Source: Octopus vulgaris
Lineage: Eukaryota
NCBI GenBank assembly: GCA_951406725.2
Contig: OX597837.1
Location: 21,638,001 to 21,702,000, forward strand
Reading direction: 5' to 3'
DNA length: 64,000 nucleotides
The notes below the pieces were generated by a model. The model made no database searches. It saw only the letters and a list, made by a program, of their open reading frames with translations, and had not been told where the DNA came from. A program made the translations under genes and the position numbers. How positions within the stretch are numbered: position 1 is the stretch's first letter; every line of letters starts with the position of its first letter. Positions 1-10,750 of the stretch are shown in pieces.

Positions 1-26
1 CCTATTTCCAAATTGAGTAATATAAT

Positions 27-402
27 CAAAATCGAAATCGATCAACATCAATGGAAATTGTAGCTGTGATACCAGTGCCGGTAGCACGTAAGAGAACCAT
101 CCGAACATGGCCGTTGCCAGCACCGCCCCGACTGGCCTCCGTGCTGGTGGTACGTAAAAAGCACCATCCGATTGTAGCCGTTTGCCAAGCACCATCCGAT
201 CGTAGCTGTTTGCCAGCCTCCCCTGGCACGTAAAAAGCACCCACTACACTCTCAGAGTGGTTGGCATTAGGAAGGGCATCCAGCTGTAGAAACACTGCCA
301 GATCAGACTGGGCCTGGTGCAGCCTTCTGGCTTCCCAGACCCCAGTTGAACCGTCCAACCCATGCTAGTATGGAAAACGGGCATTAAATGATGATGATGA
401 TG
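27..402 (+). mobile_element. SINE-like family C (GAT tail, internal ~50-60 nt repeats)
   Basis: Carries the motif ggttggcattaggaagggcatccagctgtagaaac...ccatgctag and a (gat)n tail. Other copies lie near 2165, 7692, 12250, 20890, 22990, 30008, 35838, 47620 and 54131. Confidence 0.75.
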
Positions 403-859
403 ATATTCCCATAGCCAGACATGGTTTTCACAGAGGACTGGAAACAAGAACTTCATTTGTATGATGATCATCATCATTTTACAACCATCCTGTAATGTCT
501 AAACAAGATTACACACATACAAACATATACGATCATCATCATCATCATCATCATCACCATTTTCAATGCTGGCATGGGTTGCATGGTTCGACAAGAATTG
601 GTAAGCTAGAAGACAGCACCAGGCTCTGTCTGCTTTGGCATGGTTTCTAGGGTTGGATGCCCTTCCAAATACCCATCATTTTACAGAGTGTACAGGTTGC
701 TTTTAACATGGCCCACAGCACTGGTGGAGTTATCAAGTAAGTTGCAAGACAAAAGACCCTCAACTGGGAGGGGGTGTAGTATCAAGGGGAAGTGGCTTTG
801 TGCCAGTTGACAGAGGTTAAAGTACGATAAAGGGTCAGAGACAGGGGGCTTGCTGTTGA

Positions 860-1320
860 GGAAATACAGAGGTAGTCTTGTTAAAAATGGAAGGAGAGAT
901 TTAGAGAGAAAAATAGGACAGAGAGAGAGAGAGAGAGTTGGTAATGGGTATGAGGGGGTGGGAGCACACACAGACCCTCAAGGTAAAGTGGGGGTGGGCA
1001 GGGTGAGAGAGCAGAGGTGATTGAGGGGAAAGTTTCATAAGATGGTGAGGAGAGCTGGTGGTAGAGGTGTCTGTAGCAAGTGATGGTGAGAGATACAGGA
1101 GTGGCCGGGGGGGGGGGCTATGGTAGATATGGGAGAGCATAGAGAGTGACAGCAGATAAGGGAGGTGTGAAAGATGGAGTATGGCAGAGAGGAGAGGAAG
1201 CAATAGCTGAAGGAACAGAAAGGAGGTGATTGGTGGATATAGAGGGCAGGGGAGATAATGAGAAATGGAAGTGGTTCCATTGGGGAAGAGGAAAGTTACC
1301 AAAAAGGGAGGGGGTGTAGC
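860..1320. repeat. Purine-rich low-complexity tract
   Basis: Strong G/A strand bias with decayed (GA)n. A similar tract lies at 41040-41590. Confidence 0.6.
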
Positions 1321-2726
1321 ATTTGCCTATTCTGCTCTCAGGTGATTACAGCAGCCCAGTAGTACCATAGATTGAAAAGTGATGAGAGAGAGAGAGAGAG
1401 AGAGTGTGTGTGTGTGTGTGTGTCTGTTATCTTCTACTTGTTCCAGTAATTTTACTGCAGCCATGCTGGAGCACTGCTTTGAAGGGTTTTAATCAAACAA
1501 ATCAACCCCAGGATATATTTTTTACGCCTGGTATTTATTCTATCAGTTTTTTTTTTGTTGAACTGCTAAGTTGCAAGGATGTAAGAACACCAACACCGGA
1601 TGTCAAGCAGTGGAGGGGGACAAACACAGACATACACATACATACATACAGATATATACACACACACACACACGATGGGCTTCTATCAGTTTCCATTGAC
1701 CAAAACCACTCACAAGGTCAGCCCGAGGTTATAGTAGATAACACTTGCCCAAGGTGCCACAATGGGACTGAACCTGGAACCTTGTGTTGGGAAGTAAGCC
1801 TGTGTCTATGTATGTATGATGGGCTTCTTTCAGTTTCCATCTACCAAATCCATTTACAAGGCTTTTTCAGTTGGCCCAAGGCTATAGAAGACCCTTCTCC
1901 GAGGTGCCATACAGCAGGATTGAACCCAATACCACTTAGGAATCAAGCTTCTTAACCACACAGCCAAGTCTGTACGTAGCCATGCTAGATATGAAAATAA
2001 GCTATTACAAGGTGGTGCCCCAGCATGGCCACAGTCAAAATGACTGAAATAAGTAAATGATGATATTAAGTCTACAAAACATCGACGAGAACTTTAACTA
2101 GAAAAATTACTTCATGATCAAATTGATAAATATAAATATTTTGTTCATGTAAAATTTTCTTCTCCATCATCATCATCATCATCATTTAACGTCCGCTTTC
2201 CATGCTAGCATGGGTTGGACGGTTCAACTGGGGTCTGGGGAGCCCGAAGGCTGCGGGGGAAAAAAATGGAGCAAAGAGAACAGAATGAAAAATTTTATTC
2301 TACAAAAAAATTCAAAATAAATAAAAAATAAATAAAAAATTTGAAAAATACAAATAGATAAGGTCTTTTTTTTTGTTTTTTGGTTTCCCCACCCACCCCT
2401 AGATTTCCTGGTCAGAATTATTAAGCAACAATATATCTATATATGTGTGCACACATTCCACTAGAGTCACAGATTATTCCACTAGCCTCACCAACAACAC
2501 TCGGCAGTGGTGATGGTCACGAGCTATTCCACAAACCGGTGTCACGTTTTTGCAATGAAATTCTTTGTAGATAAAGAGAAGAGACATAAAAATACGTTCT
2601 TATCTGAATTTCAACTGCTTGTGTCTTGTCATTTTTTTTCTGTCTTTTTGCTGTTGTTGTTGTTGTTGTTATTGTTGTTTTCTTGAAATTTCCTTTCCTT
2701 TTTCTTTGCATAGCACTACAAGAAGG

Positions 2727-2893
2727 TCATGATTTCTTCAACCCAAATACACGATCAAGAAAAGTTCGAGATTTACGTTTAAAATCAATGATTTCTCTGC
2801 AGAGAATATGAAAAGATTCTAACACTTTGTTAACATCTTCTGATGCTGAGACTTCCATAAATGGACACCCAAAATCAATGGCAAGCAGACGAC
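2727..2893 (-). CDS. RERG: RERG-family GTPase, last coding exon (G5 box EVSAS, TGA stop, no CAAX)
   Basis: tttcag|GTCGT..., GRLLAIDFGCPFMEVSASED...LKKS*. Exon lengths 57+74+208+167 plus 1 nt from the upstream exon give 507 nt, a multiple of 3. Confidence 0.92.
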
Positions 2894-2925
2894 CTGAAAT
2901 GAAAATTGTACACAATTATATATAA

Positions 2926-3226
2926 CTAACAGTATCACCCGGCGTTGCTCGGGTTTGTAAGGGAAATAACTATATAAGCACTTTTAGAGAGTTACTTCCC
3001 TTATATAATAGCAAAAAAAATGCATTAAAAATGGGGAAAAATTATGGTAAATTTTTTTTTTAAATCGTAGACTCATCGTAGACGCGCGCTAATACCCAGA
3101 AGGGCTCGATATGAATCACGACTATAAGATACCCGCTTTTGGTTAAACTGCACCGCAAAATGTGGGAGTAGTTAGGAATCTAAATCGTAGGAGGCAGACA
3201 CACAACTTCACTTTTATATATAAAGA
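2926..3226 (-). mobile_element. Non-autonomous Helitron
   Basis: Minus strand starts TCTTTATATATAAAAG and ends with a cccgagcaacgccggg hairpin followed by (C>T)TAG, inserted between A and T. Longer relative at 48376-48884. Confidence 0.75.
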
Positions 3227-3545
3227 TTAAACATAATTAAAAATTATAGTACCAATATAGTACAAATTAAATAACACATTTTCCACTTTGTCTGCTGGGA
3301 CCAATGAAGTGGTCTGTATTACAGGAAATTATGTTCCACTTAATGCAAGTACATATAAGCATATATTTCTACAGAAACACATTTTAACTCAGACACAACA
3401 GAAAAGGGCACCCTGGGGCTATAGAAGACACTACTTGCCCTAGGTGCCATGCAGTGGAACTGAACCTAAAACTACATGATTATTAAAAATCAAAATTCTT
3501 TACTTCATGGTCATGCCTGTGCTTTGTTTCTTATTCATTCTGCAG

Positions 3546-4640
3546 GGTTAAATAAGTGACTAGTTGGTTCAATCTGCATTCCAAGCCAGCAAACATACAA
3601 ATGTAAAAAAACTATATCGACTGGGCGAATAAACCATCAGACAAAACTTATGAGGTACCAGTCACCACAAATTTCACTATGAATGAATGTGTGTTTATTA
3701 GTGAGGTTATAGGGCCTGACTTTGGTTGAGAGTAAACATGATAAATTTTGTCCTATTGGAAAAAATTATTATAACAATAAGACAAAATTTATCATGTTTA
3801 CTCTCAACCGAAGTAAGGCCCTATAACCTCACTACCTCCTCCTGGTCCAATAGAAAAACAAAAGGACCTTATGGAGAGGGTCTCTAATAAACCAGCCTCT
3901 GTGTGTGTGTGTGTAGGGGCCACACAAGCCATTCATATATTCCTAGCTTCCTCATCAACTACCAGATCAGAGAGCAAAAGACCCTGTTGATGGCTTTCTC
4001 CAGGTTGATAGATGTCAATTACAGCAGCTTTAGTTTAAGCTAAATATTTCTGATGTTGCTTCACCAGCTAGAGAACATTATAATTAAAAACTATAGTATC
4101 AATACAGTATGGGTTAAATAAGTGATCGCTGATGAATTTTAAGAAAAAAATATAATTAGTTGGTTCAATCTGCATTCCAAGCTACCAAATGTAAAAGTCT
4201 GTTGATTGGGTGAATAAAACAATTAGACAAAGCTTAATTCTTTAACATTTAATCTGGCCATATCTGGCTCAAATAGTCTACCTGTTTTATGCTCAAACTG
4301 GCCAGATCCTGCCTCTCACACCTACTCTACAGTGTCATTTTTGAAATTATACAATCACATATCAAAATCTCAAGGCTACAAGATAATAATTGATTAGTTG
4401 ACAGAGAAATGTGAATGCTAAAGGGTTAAAGAACCAGTCACCACAAATTTTACAATGAATGAATGCGTGTGAAGGGCTCACACAAACCATTCATCTATTC
4501 CTAGCTTCCCCATCAACCACCAGAATTGAGAGCAAAGATTCCTGTTAAAGGCATTCTACAGGTTGATGGATGCTAATTACAGCAGCTTTACTTTCAGCTA
4601 AATACTGCTCCTGAAGTTGCCTCACCAGGTACAGAACATT
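3546..4640. repeat. Old tandem duplication (about 3546-4080 vs 4112-4640), each copy with a different insert
   Basis: Shared blocks gggttaaataagtga, tagttggttcaatctgcattccaagc, ccagtcaccacaaattt, ccattcat.tattcctagcttc and caggttgat...aattacagcagcttta. Confidence 0.8.
3699..3834. repeat. Inverted repeat, 60-bp arms, 16-nt spacer
   Basis: 3699-3758 is the near-perfect reverse complement of 3775-3834. Confidence 0.9.
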
Positions 4641-5204
4641 GGTAATACTTCTTTCTAACAAAAAATTTGAACTGCATCTCATATAGCCTAACTTTTTCTA
4701 ATTAATGAAGCTTTAACTCTTTCATGACCCGGTCTAACAATTTGATACTTTTATCATTTCCTCTCACCAAAGTATCTCCTCGAACCTGACTACGATACTG
4801 CTACACCAGTTGTCAGGTATGATACCTTCCTGTACAACCTGATTGACCATGTTTATTTTTTAAAAAAGTGAATTTTTAAACACTGATTGGCTGTGAGGGG
4901 CCGTTAGAGTAAAATAGGAAATAAAGGGGCCCATAAGTAAAAAAAATGGTTGAGAAACACCACTCTAAATATTTACTAGACTGGCTAAAGCAGCCAGAAT
5001 TCTATTAAATCGTATTCTAATATATAAAAAAAAGGATACCTTTGACAATGTAGCTCCACATACCTTATATAGTATATCAGAACAAAGACAGGATGGTCAA
5101 GGCTGTACTGCTTTTGATCATAGATCTGATCAACCAGGGCTGACCTGGGGTTAAATAACGCAAATACCTGTGGGAGATTCTGCAAATGGAAATGGATTAT
5201 TTAC

Positions 5205-5412
5205 CTTCATCATGTGTCACCTGACGGACATGGGCCATATCAGCTTTGTTACCAACTACAATCACCGGGACATGGGCAGCTTTTTTGACGTCTTCGATTT
5301 TCCGTCGAATATCTAAAATTATGTCAAAGCTTGTCCGACTGGTCACTGAGTAAACCAACATGAATCCATCACCCCAGCGGATCACATCGTCCCGAGCTCC
5401 ATTATCTTGGTT
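5205..5412 (-). CDS. RERG: RERG-family GTPase, 208-nt coding exon with G4 box NKAD
   Basis: gacag|AACCAA...GATGAAG|gtaaat, phase 0/1. Encodes IRWGDGFMLVYSVT...VIVVGNKADMAHVRQV. Confidence 0.93.
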
Positions 5413-5499
5413 CTGTCGTTACATAAACAAAACAAGAAAAATACAATAAGAAAAACTATAGTTGTTTACTACAAACAACAACATAGGCTTGTAACAGAA

Positions 5500-6030
5500 A
5501 ACTGGCAGAGACACATAGAGATGACAGGACTGACACAGTCACATAGAATTGACAGTCACACAGACACAACACAATTACACAGGAACAACACAGTCACACT
5601 AAAGTATGAACAGTGACAAAAGAGCTGACACAGTGACACAAGAACTGTCACAGTGATACAAGAGCTGGTGCAGTCACACAAGAGCTGGAACAGTCACACA
5701 AGAGCTGGCACAGTGAGACACAAGAGCTGGTCCAGTCACTCAAGAGCTGTCACAGTGACACAAAGGCTGTCACAGTAATACAAGACCTGTCACAGTGGCA
5801 CAAGTGTTGTCACAGTGACACAAGAGCAGTCACAGTGACACAAGACCTGTCACAGTGGCACAAGTGTTGTCACAGTCACACAAGAGCAGGCAGTGACACA
5901 AAAGCTAGCACAGTAACACAAGAGCTGACACAGTAACACAAGAACTGGCACAGTTACATAAAAGCTAGCAGAGTGGCACAAAAGCTAGCACAGTGGCACA
6001 AGAGCTGACACGATGACACAAGTGCTGGCA
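5500..6030. repeat. 20-bp minisatellite (gtcacagtgacacaagagct), more than 20 copies
   Basis: Visible 20-nt periodicity, decaying at both ends. Confidence 0.92.
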
Positions 6031-7287
6031 GTTCAGATTACTGTATTTTCCAGCATACAAGTCAGCACAGTATATAGTGTAAACATTCAAACATTGTCAC
6101 TATCTTTTGAAATCCTGAAGCATTCCACAAGGAATTTTCAGTTCTCCAATGCCATCTTGGTATATAAGTCAATGGACCTTTTGTTTTTCCACTGTAAATT
6201 TCAATCTGTAAAATTTGGCTGGCAAGCCAGAAAATATTGTAACACATTTGCAAACTTCAAGGGTGAAAAAAATGCAACCATTATCATTATTATTACAGTT
6301 GTATAATGGTGAGCTGGCAGAATCATTAGCACACCAGGCGAAATGCTTAGCGGCATTTTGACCATCTTTATGTTCTGAGTTCAAATTCTGCCATGGTTGA
6401 CTTTGCCTTTCGTCCTTCCGGGGTTGATAAAATAAGTACCAGTTGAGAACTGAGTTCAATGTAATCAACTTCAATATTCCCCTCCCTAAATTGTTTATGT
6501 ACCTTCCTCCCTTCTGCCATCCCTCCCCATTTTACATGATCACTTGACCTGCTAGAAATAGCAGCCAAGTCTCTATTAACTCTTTTGTTACCATATGGTG
6601 GTGATGGGGGTGGTGAAGGTAGTCGAGATGATGCTGGTGATTGTAGTAGTGATGATGACGAGTCTGACACCTCACAACTCTACTTGGCTCTGCTCACTTA
6701 GATATCAGGAGAACATTTAACAAGTCTTCCAAGAATGGCAGAGGTGATAATGAACTGGTATCATGTACAATAAAGGGATTTATCTCACCTGCATTTATCA
6801 CCAAATTATTGAATCCCTTTATTAAATCCGTCTTGTGTCCAAAGGAAATATCATCAACATCACTTTCACTACCCTCACCACCAACATCATCTTTTTTTTT
6901 ATGTCTCCTTTTCAATGTTGGCATGGGTTGGATAAAGACTTATGGAGGCAGTATTTTTAGACCAGATGTTTCTTCCTGTTTGCCAAACACTTAACTGTTG
7001 TTTTCTTTTTTTTCAAGTAAGGTATTTTTATTCGAATGGCCTTCACAAGTTAAAAGTGCAAAGCTCTGGGATACATTGTTTAAAGGAGATGTAAATAGGA
7101 TAACACTGATCTTCTCAAATGGTATCATACGAAGATCTGCATGTGAACATTCATGCGTACACACAAAGACATGTGTGTAGTGTGAGTGTGATTTATCAAA
7201 ACAGATATTTTCTATGGCTGGATGCTTCCCTGTCACCAATTGTCAACCCTGTTTCCAAACAAGGTAATATTTCCACAAGGCAGCAAG

Positions 7288-7685
7288 CTGGTGAGCTGGC
7301 AGAAATGTTAGCACGCCGGGTGAAATGCTTAGCAGTCTTTCGTCTGCCGCCACGTTCTGAGTTCAAATTCTGCCAAGGTCAACTTTGCCTTTCATCCTTT
7401 CAGGGTCGATTAAAATAAGTACCAGCTACGCACTGGGGTCGATATAATCAACTTAATCCGTTTGTCTGTCCTTGTTTGTCCCCTCTGTGTGTATTCCCTT
7501 GTGGGTAGTAAAGAAATAGGTATTTTGTCTGTCTTTATTTATTGAGTTAAAATTCCACTGCAGTCGACTTTGTTTTCATCTTTTGCGGTCGATAAATTAA
7601 GTACCACTTATGTAGTGGGGTCGATCTAATCGACTGACCCTACCTCCCCAAAAATTTCAGGCCTTGTACCTAGAGTAGAAAAGAA
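7288..7685 (+). mobile_element. SINE family B, full copy followed by a 5'-truncated copy
   Basis: Head ggtgagctggcagaa, B-box-like gagttcaaat, core gcctttcatcctttc..ggtcgat..aagtacca (resembles the Deu/Nin-type SINE domain, from memory), tail ccttgtgggtagtaaagaaat. Confidence 0.8.
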
Positions 7686-7951
7686 TATATATCATCATCA
7701 TCATCATTTAATGTCCGTTTTCCATGCTAGCATGGGTTGGACGGTTTTGACTGAGGGTTGGCAACTAGATGGCTGCACCATGCTCCAGTCTTGATCTAGC
7801 AGAGTTTCTACAGCTTCCTAATGCCAACCACTCCGAGAGTGTAGTGGGTGCTTTTTACGTGCCACCTGCACATAAATATATATATTTATATATATATATG
7901 CCAGCATGGAGAATAGACATTAAATGATGATGTCAGTAGGATGTTGTTTAA

Positions 7952-8162
7952 CCCTTTTGATACCAACCCGGCTGAAAGTGCCTCTGTCTCTATGTCTTGT
8001 TTCTGAAAGTTCTGAATGAAAATCTTCCACCAAACCTTAGTCACAATTTATGTTCCTAACACTAGCTGAATGATAACCAAGTTATTTTGCTAAATTCTTT
8101 GTTATATTCAAAATTAATTGAAAGAAACAGAACATCTCAACAGAAATATGGTAACGAAAGGG
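7952..8162. mobile_element. piggyBac-type MITE (family 1)
   Basis: TTAA|CCCTTT...AAAGGG|TTAA. Related copies near 9995-10214, 22734-22953 and 40569-40790. Confidence 0.8.
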
Positions 8163-8377
8163 TTAATGGAGACTTGGCTGCTATTTCTAGCAGGTTAAGT
8201 GATCATGTAAAATGGGTAGGGATGGCAGAAGGGAGGAAGGTACATAAACAATTTAGGGAGGGGAAAAGGAAGAAAGAAAGAGATAACAAAAGAAGAAAAG
8301 GAAGAGGAACAAATTCTTTTTCTGTGAGTTTGAAAGTTTGACAGAAACTGAGATGTGTCAAAATTTCAGCTGGAAGA

Positions 8378-8380
<3 letters not shown>

Positions 8381-8432
<52 letters not shown>

Positions 8433-8453
8433 CGTGTGTGTGTGTGTGTGTGA

Positions 8454-8494
<41 letters not shown>

Positions 8495-8825
8495 GAGAAG
8501 GGAAAGAGAGGGAAGGAGATGTAAGTAGACAGAAAGAGAGGGAGGGAGAAAGGTGTGGAGAGATGGCGGAACAGGGGGAGGGGAAAGAGAGGGATAGAGC
8601 AGAAAGAGAGAGAAACATGGAAGGAGAGGGAGGTAGAAGGCGAGAGAGAGAGAGAGAGAGAGAGAAAGAAAGAAAGAGAGAAATGAGAAGGGAAAGAGAG
8701 GGAGGGAGAAAGGTGTGGAGAGATGGTGGAACAACAAGGGGAGGGGGAAGAGAGGGATAGAGCAGAAAGGGAGAGAAACATGGAAGGAGAGGGAGGTAGA
8801 AGGCGAGAGAGAGAGAGAGAGAGAA
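8381..8825. repeat. (TG)n/(GA)n microsatellites plus duplicated purine-rich unit (8491-8660 vs 8681-8823)
   Basis: Direct inspection. Confidence 0.85.
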
Positions 8826-9223
8826 AGAGAATTAGGTTCTCAATGGAGTAATGGAAGATGAAAATAAATTTTAAAATTCCAAGAGAGAATTACCAGGTTT
8901 TCAATGGGATGGTAGTGGTGGGGGGGAGTGTGAAAAAAAAGGGAAGAAAAAAAACTTTTCTGAGAGAAAGGGAAAGAGAGGGTGAAAGAGAGAGAGAGAC
9001 AGAGATTTGGTTTTAAACAGATAAAAAGAGAGGCAAGATGAAGAAGAAGAAGAAAAGAAAAAAGAAAATAAAGAAAGAAAGGCAAAAAAACTTGGAAACA
9101 AGTGAAAAACGTAAAATAAATAAATAAATAAGTAAAGTGTGCCGCTTCTCTGCTAAGATATGTTTTGCTAATTTAGAAGCTGTTATAACAAACTGACTTA
9201 CCAAAGACGTGGAACCAACTTAC

Positions 9224-9297
9224 CAAAGATCTTGTGTCCATTATTTCAAAAGCTACAGATTCTCCATCCACAACTGCATTGTGTTTGTATTTTGTGT
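9224..9297 (-). CDS. RERG: RERG-family GTPase, 74-nt coding exon: (D)TKYKHNAVVDGESVAFEIMDTRSL
   Basis: cccaag|ACACA...TCTTTG|gtaagt, phase 1/0, in frame with both neighbours. Ras beta2-beta3 pattern (VDGE...EIMDT). Confidence 0.88.
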
Positions 9298-9839
9298 CTT
9301 GGGTGGGGTGGAAAGAAAAAGAAAGAAAGAAAGAAAAGAGAAATTAGAAACAACAAATTGGAAGAAGTGAGGGTTGGGGGGGGGGTTTCAAGATGTGGGG
9401 GGTGAGGTTAGGTAATTTTTTTTTTTTTAAGAGTTGAGGAATGGAGGAAATATAAATAAAGAAAGAAAGAAAAAATACAAGGAAAACAGAAGAGATTAAC
9501 AGGATGGCACCATGGAGGGAAGCCGGCAATTTAATTTGTTCCGACACAGGTAAACTTATGTTGGTAAAAGTACTAGCAGGGAGAGAGAGAGGAGAAGAGA
9601 AGAAAGGAAGAAGAGAAAATAAAAATGGGGGAGAGAAGAAGAAGAAGAAGAAAGAAGGAAGGAAGAAATAATTGGAATAAAAATAAACAAGAACAAAGGT
9701 AAAAAAGGAGGAGGTAAAGAAGAAAAAAATACAGAAGGAAAAGAAGGAAAAAGAAAATAGGAAGAGACACAGAAGAAGAAAAATTAAGAGAGAGGCAACT
9801 AAAAGACTTACAAAGAATCCTTGTTTTGGGGAAAACCGA

Positions 9840-10275
9840 CTTAGCTTTTATGTAAAAGAATTTAGGTTCAGGTGAAAAGTTTTTGGTTTAGGTTAACAGT
9901 TTTTGGCATAGATTACCAAATTAGACTTAGGTTAACATAATTCTGTCTGTATTAACATAATTCCAATCAGATCAACAGAAATAGGCTTAGATTAACCCTT
10001 TTGTTACCGTATTTTGTTTAAATACATTGCCTTGTTTCAATCAGTTTTTAAAATGAAGAATTTAGTAAAATAAATTTGTTATTATTAAGTTGGTGTTTTG
10101 AACATAAATTAATATGGAATTTTGATGGAAGGCTTTGATTTAACCCTTTAGTATTTATAACAGAAAGTTTGTACCAAAGAACCAATTGGCAGTCTCAGGT
10201 TGATATCAAAAGGGTTAACAGAATTTGGGGTTAGATTAACAGAGTTTGATTAGCATAAACTGAATATCACTTAGA
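9840..10275. repeat. Degenerate ~20-bp minisatellite (gattaacagaattaggctta-like) split by a TTAA MITE
   Basis: Recurring ttaaca..att..g.tta units on both sides of the MITE at about 9995-10214. Confidence 0.55.
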
Positions 10276-10479
10276 CAAGACATTTTTCAAAGTAAAAAAA
10301 AATAAATTATTAAACGAAATAAACTATAGACAATTTAAAGTCAAATTTAATTCAAAATGGTAGAAAAATAAATTTTATCTAGCTGGGGTAATAGTTTGGG
10401 TTGGTTGGCCACAGGGTCACAGTGGAGACTGACTGAGACACTGCTTTGAAGTTTGCTTATGACGCACCCATGAACCAGA

Positions 10480-10750
10480 CAGTTGTGTTTAAACTGGGCA
10501 ACAACAGTGTATATACTCCACTAAAGGTACCCAGGGATTTTGCAGTGGTATTAAACGGGATGACAACACCAACAGATTCCACCAAAGGTACCCCAGGACC
10601 AAGTAGTGGTACTACACTGAATGACAACAGAGCTAACTCTGTTAAAGACAGCCAAAGACCAAGCAGTGATGTTAAACTAGAGTATAGTAGAGTGGATTCT
10701 AGTAAAGGCACCCCAGGAACTTCAGGTGTTGTTAAACAGAGCAACAGATT
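10480..10750. repeat. Degenerate ~60-bp tandem repeat, 4-5 units
   Basis: aaaggtaccc-like anchors at 10523, 10584, 10644 and 10704. Confidence 0.7.

Noticed and set aside
5620-5960. Repeated CACAGTG (RSS heptamer) or CRISPR-like periodicity
   Set aside because: There is no nonamer at 12/23 spacing and no unique spacers. It is a plain minisatellite.
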